Source of the DNA: Amoebophrya sp. A120
Lineage: Eukaryota; Protista; Dinoflagellata
Assembly (NCBI GenBank): GCA_905178155.1
Contig: CAJINV010000009.1
Span: 3,635,341-3,699,340 of the forward strand
Length of the DNA: 64,000 nt
Reading direction: 5' to 3'
Under the pieces are notes generated by a model that saw only the letters and a list, made by a program, of their open reading frames with translations, had not been told where the DNA came from and did not search any database. Of the stretch, positions 49,701-59,500 are shown piece by piece. Positions within the stretch are counted from its first letter, which is position 1, and each line of letters starts with the position of its first letter. A program made the translations under genes and the position numbers.

Positions 49701-51405
49701 ATAGCCTGCACGCCCCGCGTCCTTTTGCTCGACAGTTTCCTTTTTGTTTTCCTCGCTTCTCTATCTTCCCGCCCTCTTCCGTTTCCGTCCGACACTCCTT
49801 CTCGCCCCGCGCCCTTAGGCAGTTCGAAGGAACCCCCGGAAAGAAAAGAACTTCTCTCCTCTTGTCAGTTCGACCCCCTAGAAAAAAAGAAGTTCGCTCT
49901 TCTTTTCAGTTCGATCCCCTAGAGAGGAAAGAGGTTCCTCCTTGCATGTAGTTCGTTTTCGCATACTAAGTTTTCAGATTGTAGTAGCTCGTTGATTCGT
50001 TCCTGTTGTAAAACTTCAACTTGAAAACTGAAACCGCTACAGGTTTGGGAAGCGGTCGCGTACGTGACGCACTTTCGTCCGATCGTCAACGTGGCCTACA
50101 ATTGGCCGAAGATGGGAGGTATGCATCACAAATATGTCCGGGTCGGGACGAAGGGCGCAACTTGCTATGCGCATTTCAGACAACACAAAAAGCTGTCGTG
50201 CATGAACAGCAAATGCGGCTCAACACTTGCCACCAGAAGTAAAAGAAGGATGAAGTTGTCAACATTCGGTCTAGGCATAGAGACGACATCACCTTCTCAA
50301 GATGTGTCATGCTGGGGCTTGTTTCATGCGAGATCTTCTGGGTCAGGGTCACGCATAAAACCTGCATGGCTCGATGCTATTAGGCGTTTCATTGTTCATA
50401 AAACCTGCATGACAAATTTCTGCCTTCTTCCAGACGACCCAGACATATTTGCCATGCATAGGGCAACTGATCAAGTACGGTGCGGCGCTCGAGGCTTTGA
50501 GGGGAAAAAAAGATGGAGAAGAAGCAGGTGCGGGAGCTGGAGAAACACCTTCAGCAGTTGGTCAAATTCGCAACGACGAGCATGCAGCAGTCGGCGGCGA
50601 TGCTGCTGCATTTGCACCTGCAAACATCGATCCGCGCCACATCTGGAAGTTGCAGGTCAAGAACTGCAAGGACGAGACCGGCCGCCCCATTGAAGTTGAG
50701 GAACCTGCCGGCGCCGCTTCCTCGGAGGAACAAGCGGCGCAGTCGCAGCAAGCAGGAGACCAAGGGAGAGCGACGCCCGAGTCGCGGGAACACAACCTGT
50801 ACGGCGCGTTGCGGGCTATCCTGGAAGAAGAGGTGAAAATTTGGAAAAAGGTCGTCCAGGAGGAAGGTTTGACTGTTGAGGAGTTCGACGTTGGTTCGTT
50901 TTCACGGCGTGGTGTTACTTGGAATGCACAAGATGCAGGGAACGGGCAATGGCTCGAACGAGAAATCAAAACCGGCGTTGACAAAGGCGTCATTTCCGCG
51001 ACGGCTGCGAAGAAACTGCGGAAGGGCATCTTCGAGCGGGAACAAACGGAAGGGACACAGCACACACCGCCGCCAGTACAAGCGGCACCTGCTGCTGCTG
51101 CTGCTTCTGCTGCTCGTGCCCCTACAGCTCCTGCTGAGCTGCTGCAGGCGGCGTCTAGTGCTGACTCCTTTCTCGAGCTCGACGCGGGCGGGGATCATCT
51201 TCTTGACCTGGAGCGGCCCCCTACTGCCCATGGGCGGATCCTCGGCGCGAACGCTGGGAAGAAGTCCACTGGAGAAGATGCAGCCGGCGCAGCACACGAC
51301 GAGCACGACCAACCAGATCCACTGGTGGGACAAGAAGATAAAGAAGGTTTTACTTCTTCTGGAGAAAAAAAGTTCCTGGCGCCACTTAATACACACGACA
51401 AATGA
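46718..51405 (+). CDS. Dual-specificity/PTPMT1-like phosphatase with N- and C-terminal extensions (paralog 1)
   Basis: QLVLGVMP...AVVSIND...WTDHVPL...KSTYVHCKAGMARSAMAVIGFLMKY...EAVAYVTHFRPIV; CX5R P-loop HCKAGxxRS. Confidence 0.8.
46957..47388. mobile_element. Eroded family A-like introner
   Basis: TSD GAAAA/GAAGA; +5 removal in frame. Confidence 0.65.
47651..47986. mobile_element. Introner, family A (diverged)
   Basis: TSD GGACG/GGACG. Confidence 0.85.
48336..48622. mobile_element. Introner, family F
   Basis: TSD TCAGA/TCAGA. Confidence 0.9.
49177..50042 (+). other. GT-AG intron carrying a GC-rich insertion
   Basis: CAG|GTTTGA...CTACAG|GTTTGG joins PLQ to VWEAVAYV. CAGGTTTG is repeated at both ends. 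Confidence 0.65.
49819..49945 (+). repeat. Three imperfect ~42-47-bp tandem repeats starting CAGTTCGA..CCCC..GAAA
   Basis: CAGTTCGAAGGAACCCCCGGAAAG / CAGTTCGACCCCCTAGAAAA / CAGTTCGATCCCCTAGAGAG. Confidence 0.7.
50120..50460. mobile_element. Introner, family A (diverged)
   Basis: TATGCAT...ATGCATA; TSD decayed; in frame by either the +5 or the GT-AG rule. Confidence 0.75.
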
Positions 51406-53560
51406 ACAACATTCATTTAATTTTAAGTACTTTTACTTATCATGCGACGTAGAAGCTCCAGTTCGTCACGAACACGAACACTCAGGGGGTTGCAAAGATA
51501 TCTGTCATGATGCACACAATGTCATGGGCAAAATAAATTGTCACTACAGTCAAATATCATGGTTGTTCATCCCTAGTAGTCTTTTGCGAAAATACTTTAA
51601 TACAAGAAAGGCTGCCGCGATGTGAAAAAAACTTTTCATGCCTCCAAACCTGCAGCCTAGCGAGGGTACGAAAAGTACGACATGATATTGAGGTAGAATG
51701 GTCGTGCCAAAGCCAAAGATAATTATTACCTTTCTACTGTAGGTACATGTACGTCCAAGACGCAAAGCCACGCAAGAAGCCGCTTTCAATCATTCTTTTT
51801 CTTCAAGTCTGAATCACAATCACTATCTATAGTTTTGTTCAGTTCTCTTATCTTTTCCTGATCTTCTTGCACTAAGTGAACTCATTTTTTTGTCGATTAA
51901 CGGTGAGGTCGACTGCTCGGCGGAGCCTGTAGCTATAGTTTCTGTTTCATCATCTTGTCAAGCCGAAGCCATATTTTGTTTCTACAACTTTCTTGCTCGT
52001 CTAGGTCTTTCTCATATATACGAATCGTTTATATTCATTTTTTAAATTACTTTCGAAGCTTGTTTGCCATTCTAGCAGTCGTGCTTTTCCAAAATCCATC
52101 GGGATGTTTTCTGAACAATTGTAATTCTTGAAGTCGCAGATTCATATGCATATCCTTGAAACCCGAGGTGTGCTGCTGTTGTATCAACACGCTTCAAAAC
52201 AAAGACATTGCTCACTTTTTTTCATTCCAACAATAGCAGTCGAAGTCTGTCCCGTGGCTGATTTAACCCGATGAGTATCCTTGTGCTTGTTGGTCATCCC
52301 CAAGATGAACAGTATGCGGTCGATAAGCCCCCCAAAAGTTTTTTCGAGTAATTCTAATTTTTTCAAAATGTGACTGTTCCTGTTGCGCATAGAATTTTTC
52401 GTGTTCACCGCCCGCTCGCTGGTCCATTTTGATTTTCGACCGCGACTCGCATTCCTCAACTTGTTTGTTGAAGATAGATGATGTGCCAAACGCACAAATT
52501 AAAATTATCGGTTATAGTCTACTCCCAACTCTAGCACGCTTGTGGTCCTTGATGTGATGCTATATGAACATGATCTGGATCCTCGGTCTTCAATATTGAG
52601 ATGACTAAGCCAATGTCAGATGAATCGGACGAAGATGTCGACCACCTCATTTGTCTACTTCATATCGATGATAGATCCTGAACCATTCAAGATCTACTTA
52701 GATCTTCTAAGCTGAAGTGTAGTCTATGCTGGTCCTGCTCCTGGTCGGCAGCGGGTTCTAGCAACGAACCCGCCAAAAAGCTGGTGCATAATTTTGCTTT
52801 GATTGTCAAAGTCCAAAGTCGGATTGTCTTACTTCCAGGAGGCCCTCTTGTCAGTTTCGCTTTCGGTGGATATAGTCAGTGGTGTAAAATTCTAATATTC
52901 TCGGTCCTGAACAACTACACTACAAGTGAAAGACGCGAGAACTGTGCTGTCGGTTTGCTCCTTATCATCTGGTGGTATTTGCAGTTGAGAAGTGTAGAGT
53001 TGGCACCACCTGGTGTTGGGTTGTACAAAGAATAGAACCTCCTCTCCAGCAGCATTTCGAATTGGTTCATTTTCAATTACGAAATGTTTAACCGCGACAG
53101 GAGGAAATCTACTCGCAGCCTTCAACATATGAAGTAGCCGCACGGCTTCTGATTAAAAAACTCTCGCCAAAATATTTTTTCTTTCCTATTGATTTTGATA
53201 GATTTTCCTACAACATTCAGCGACTGAGCAGCAGTCTGTCTTTCGACGTAATAGAAAATAAAATTGCTTTCGATTTATTACATTCAGTTCAAGGCCTTCG
53301 TACTATCGCAATCCCGGAGGTCTCTCCTCAGGTTTTATGTCACTAATAGTGTAGAAGTAGACCAGCACTAGTAGTACAGCTGCAAAAACACGACGCCTGA
53401 AGTAGACGGGGGAGAGAACCAGCACCAGAAATAAACGCAGCTTCACAGCACAAGCAGCAGCAGCACGAGCTGCACCAGCAGGGAAAACCTACATCAAAAA
53501 GGAATCAACCTAGGTGTCTCCTGCACCACGATCATAGATAGGACGGTGCTAAAATCGAAG

Positions 53561-56500
53561 ATGAAGTTGCTCCATCATCATCTTCGTGCAGCTTATTTGC
53601 TCGCTGCCGCCTCGTGGTGCACGACCTTGTGGAGCTCTTCTTTCATCTACGACATTGCTGATGAAGATCATCTCCCGCTCGCCTCTTTTTTGACATCGAC
53701 TTGTTTCCTCCTCGTCCCGTCCGTATCCGCAACAGGGATGGCACGACACACGAAATTATGCCTTGGACGGTCGTTAGCGTACAGAAGGGTGAATTTGCAG
53801 TGAATTTGTATTGCATGATTTGCATTTACTTAAAAGAGAAATTCGCTACGTATGGACACGAGCCCAAGCATCCCACATAGCCTGGAGGGCTGCTCGTCGC
53901 GTGGTGGCGCTTGCAGCACCAAAAGAGGTGGTCTTGCGGGGGCTCGCCGGGCTGTGTAGTGCGTATTTAGCGACCAGAGGAGATGGGTCGGGGGGCTCTT
54001 ATTCTTCTGCGCGTCTGCCTCAGAAGTTCCTCTCCGGAATTGTCGAAAGGCAAAGGGAGGGCGACGCCTGAACACAGGGGCACCCACTAGCTCAACACGT
54101 ACGCTCTCACGACTTTTGGCTGTGGCGTGGAGTTGGACATCTCGGAGTAGCCTCGGGTGGAAGGCACGACTCGGCCGTCTGGGAGGAAGTTGGACATCTG
54201 GGAGGTGCTCCAAAAAGCGCGCGGGTAGGCCCTGGGAAGTGGGGCCGAGGGGAAAAGACAAGCACCCTCTGTTGCCCTCGGCCCGTCTATATTCTGCCGA
54301 AAAGGCCTGGAGGGTTCACGCGCGCGCCTGCCGGATAGACGCGTCAAAGCCCTCGGCCTGGTCCTTTCGCCCTTGCTTTCGCGCCTTCGTCTTTGCCGCG
54401 GCTGTTGCAGTGCTTGCTCTTCTGCAAGCACAGGGAGACGAAAAGATATGGCCAAAGAACGACGCCCAGGCCATGTCCAGCTGTCCGCCGCATACCCTGC
54501 GAGTTCTGCGGTGTACAGACCGCTCTTCCCAGAAGGGCAAGAGGGACAATGTCCCGGCAGTCTCCTCTGCTATTTGTCATGCAAAATTCACTAGAGATTC
54601 ACGTCACCGCGTCTCATGCTAACGCGTGTTAAAGCTCTAACATCTTTCCTCCTCGTCCCGTCCGTATCCGCAACAGGGATGGCACGACACACGAAAAATA
54701 AGAATGAACGAGCTATGAAAGCCTCAGGTTGGAAATCCTCAAAGTGAAAATTTGTAATGCAGAAAAACGACTCCAGTTGAAGCACCATTTCTAGTCGGCG
54801 CATGACAAGTTTCCCGGGGACTCAAAACGTGTCTGTCATGCTAGTTAGGCAAAGGGGTGCCCTTCTGTCGTGCTAATCAGCAGCCCAATTCTGAACCCGT
54901 AGAAGCACAATAGTCGGCCTCCATTGCGTCCTCTGCAATACAGGGCTTTTTCCGTCGCATTTCATGCATCACAAATTATTTCCACTTTGAGGATTTCCAT
55001 TCTGAGGCGTTCATACGAGCACGAGGAGGGGAGGATGAGGATCAAGATCGCGATGACCTCACGGCCGCGGCCAGGACGACCCACGAGGACCCGTCGCTGT
55101 GGTCCCCGCCCGGCGGAAAGGATGTTCACGAAGATATCCAAGAAAAAAACAACATCACAATCACAGTTGGGAAGTTTTGCATCAGAAATTCGGGTCGCAT
55201 AACATTTTTTTCTTGTATTGCAAAAACACAAAGGAAAATTGCCCATAACTCTTGACTGTGATGCAGTTTTGCGCATGACAAAAATTTTTGTATTGCAAAA
55301 CTGTGCAAAAGTGATTGTGATGGTGTTTTTTTCTTGGATAGAAGACCTCGAGGTTGTAAAAGTCCCCGCGGCCACGTTTATTTCAAAAAGAACTCAGAAG
55401 AAGCATCAAAAAGAAACCTGGTTTCAGAAACTCCAGAAGACCTTCACGGCGACGGTCATTACCATGCGCGACAAGTGCGGAGAGAACAGCATTTCTGGTC
55501 CGCCGTACGACGAAATCGAGTTGTTACCGCCGGCTCCACGACCTGGTAAAGACGTTCTTGCGAGGACCGCGCCTAGCGAGCGGATAAATTTTCTCCAGGA
55601 TCGTGAAGAAATTTTCTCTCTTTTCTTCCCTGCCGACCCTGTGCCTGTAAAAAACCAGCCGCATGTATGGAAGCGTCAGGACTGAAATCGTCAAAGTTAA
55701 CCAATAATTTCCCATGCATAAATTGCAAGGCATGAAGTGCCTCTCTTGCAGAGATTGCAAGCGAGCCCCACTGTCAGCCTGTTTCGGGTCTCCTCTGATA
55801 TAGCTGCTAAAGTAGCATGACAAAAAACTACGCCCCCTGTCCCTCAACAGCATGACAAACTGGACGCAGACGGTGCCGAAATTTGTCATGCACCGCTTGG
55901 GAATTGGGCTTCCAACTGATGTCGATTTTATGCATGACAAACTATTTCAACTTTGACGATTTCAATCCTGACACTCCCATAGCATGCGAAACTGTTCCTG
56001 GGCGTCATGCCGATGATTTGGGGTGATCACCTCACCGAGCGTGAAGGTCAGTCGTTTTTTTCGGAGGTCTATCCAAGGAAAATAAAAGTGATACAGTTCT
56101 TACACATTGACATTTGATTGTAGTGAAAAGAATTCAGCATGACAAACTTTCCTTGCATGTCAGAGAAAACTTGAAATGCAGAGATGAAGATCATAAGGCA
56201 AAACACAAACAACAAAGGAGGCTTGCAAGCATTTTTTGCATGATAAAGGTTGTCTGTGATGCTTGTCCCGCAACACAATGTAACACTTTTATTTTCTCGC
56301 GATAAGGTCGGTATGTGGGACAGCTTCCTGAGCAAGGACGGCGATGGTGAGAGGAAGAACCGGCTTTGCTATCCTGTGCAAAAGTATCGTACTCGTATTG
56401 CAATCATGCATTACACGTCTTTTCCTTAAGGTAAATTCGCAGTACAAGTTTCATTTCTCATGCTGAGGAAATTTGTAATGCATTTATACGAGTACTATAC

Positions 56501-59500
56501 TATTTACACTTTATATTTGCAGACCCTTTTTCGAATACAATCTGCTGATTCGGGAAAATATCGGAATGTTTGTCAGCTTCAATAACATGCAAACCGAGAC
56601 CGCTTATCTGCCGTGGGGCAAGTATCACCAGGACTTTTACGGAGAATTTTCGACAAGAACCCCAACAACTACTACATCTTCTAGTGCTAGTAACAAACAG
56701 CAGGACCTCGACCTCCAGCACAGTGAGCACTTGCTCTGCACGCCGGAAACGAAGTTGCAACCTCGGGACATTACATACGGCATGCATGCTATCAAACAAA
56801 AAAAGTTCGTCACGATCACTCATGCGCATTTTTGCAATACAAAACTGTTTGTCATGCGTAAAAATGCATCACAGCCAAACTTTATTAGGGATTTCCCTAG
56901 TGTTTCTGCAATACAAGGAAAGTTTGTGATGCTAAGAAAATTTGTAATGCAAACCCTGCAAATTAGTGACTGTGATAAACTTTTTTCTCTCCATACATGC
57001 GGCACCGGAGGCGTTTTTCTACGGGCCCCGCCAGCGCCATTTTAAGCAGCACCAGTTTTGCCAATACGACCACTATATCCTGTGCAAAATAAATGTCTTG
57101 GTCTGGAGGAATTCATGTTTGTCATGCTTGTCTGGCATGATGACTCTTAAATCTGTCATGCACGTTACCCAAGAGCTCCGCTTTTCTGTGATGCAGAAGC
57201 GCAGTTTGTCATGCAGAATAGGCAACACCTAGGAGCTCAGAAACTTGTCACGCAGCTGAGCCAGCATCTGTAGCCTCATCATGAGACGCCATCCAGCATC
57301 ACAAGTTTCCAGACCCAGACACTTTTACATTTGATACACTACCCGCTCACCCTGGACCAACTGCACCGGGCGGCAGATTCTATCTTCCAGGCCCTGAATG
57401 ACAATCGCAATACCTACGTCCACTGCAAAGCTGGAATGACGAGGAGTGGCATGGGGGTGATTGCTTTTTTGCTCAAGCACGCAACCTGTGCTTTGGGCGG
57501 AGTGAATTCCAGAAGCCCCACATTGGCGGAAGCAGTGGCTTACGTGACTACGATGCGACCTGTGTCCAATGTCGCCGGGAAGGAGGAGCAGCTGCGTATC
57601 AAAAGGAAACATCCCCCCTCCCCATATCAAAGCGGTATAATTCCGAAAAATTGATGCGTTGCTGATTTGAGACCACAAATCACGTTTGTCTTGCAAGATG
57701 ACAAGCGCAGAGGCTTCCGCGCCATTATCGAAGCGATTTGGCATGCTGTTGGGCCGCCTAGGGGGCGCCCGTAGTTTGTAGTAATGCTAAACAACTAGAC
57801 CCAGACGCCCCTACCTAGGCTGAGGATCTGGCTGCGAAGATGCCCTACTGCTGCAAGACAGCGCGCATGTGTGTGCGGGGGAAATCTTGCGCCACAGATT
57901 TCCGTCTTAATGTGGGGAGGGGGATTTTTCATTTTGATACTGCGTCGACTTGTGGAGTTCGAAAAGGACGTCGCGTCTGCTTATCAAATGTAAAAATGTC
58001 TGGGTCTGGAAACTTGTGATGCTGAGTGGCGTAGCATGAGGAGGCCACAAGTGCTGGCTCAGCATGACAAATTTCTGAGCTTGTAGGTGTTGCCTATTCT
58101 GCATGACAAACTGCGTCTCCGCATGACAGAGAAAAACGTCTCCTGGGCAATGTGCATGACAGATTTAAGAGTCATGCCAGACAAGCATGACAAACATGCA
58201 TTCTTGCAGATGACTCAGACACTTTTACATTTGATACTGCTAAAAATAGTGCAGCTTCAGAACAAGAAGATGGTCACAAGTGGAGAATGGCGATCTCTTG
58301 CGACGTATCCTGTGCAAAAGTATCGTACTCGTCGTAGTAATCGCAGTCATGATGCATAATTGCAAATTTGTTTGTCAAGTTAAATCCGCATCTCATGCTG
58401 GGGAAATTATTTGTCATGCGATTTATACTACAACGATGCCTTTGTATTTCATACGACGGTCACTTTCGTTTTCTAGAAGTCAAGGGAGTAGATGTATTGT
58501 TCTATTCCAAGAAGAACTACGCCTACTATGGAAGTGTCAGAATCGAAATTGACAAAGTCGAAAAATTTGTGATGCGTAAAATCTACACCAGCTGAAGCCA
58601 GAGCCTCAGTTTGTAAGTAGCGCATGACAATGAATTTCAGGAGCCCTCAAAGCCGGTACGTCATGCTGTTTGGGCAAAGAAGACTGCTCCTGTCATGCTA
58701 CTCTGGCAGCACATTGCATAACCCTAAACAGGCTTGCTGCAATCGGTCCCATTTGCCTGCCCCCGAATTATGCAGGCCTCCAGTGCAGCCCTGCATTTTA
58801 TACATCACAGATTTACTTTCGATTTTGTCGATTTGGATCCTGACACATCCATACCTGCAAGTTCTATGATTATCAAAATGATCATGGCGTTGACAAAAGA
58901 TTTGTTGATATGCAAGAAAAAAACTGTGTAAGTGTATAGTTTCCGGGAGGAATAGCATCACAAGTTTGCTCTGCATGACACAGAAAACTTGTCATGCGTA
59001 GATAGTACTTGAAAACAAAACACGTACAAAAATAGCCCCTGATGCATGTCCAGCATGACAAGTGCAACAGTTTTGCATTTTCTGCAACACAAAGTTACAC
59101 TTTTTACACAGTTTTTTTCTTGGATAGTTGAGCGGGGGAAGATGAAGCTGTATCGGCTTATCCTTCGCTTGCTTACGAAGCCTCCGATGACGGGATGGAG
59201 GTTATCCAATGCAAAAGTATCGCACTCGTCGTATCTATAAATGCAATACAAATTTCCTCAGCATGAGAAATAAAATTTGTAATGCGGATTTAACTTAAGA
59301 ACAAGATTTGTAATGCATGACTGCAATACGAGCGCGATACTTTTGCGCAGGATAGAGCTCGTCCGACGTTGATCCGAGTGCTTTCCCGGACGCGGATGAG
59401 GAACGCAATTTGAAAATATCAAATGTAAAAGTGTCTGGGTCTGGAAGAATGCAACTTGTGACGCTGTCTTTGGAAGGTAAAAAAGGCTCTATTGCATGAC

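Noticed and set aside
49819-49945. tRNA genes
   Set aside because: Only GTTCGA-type motifs are present; no cloverleaf or A-box could be built by eye.
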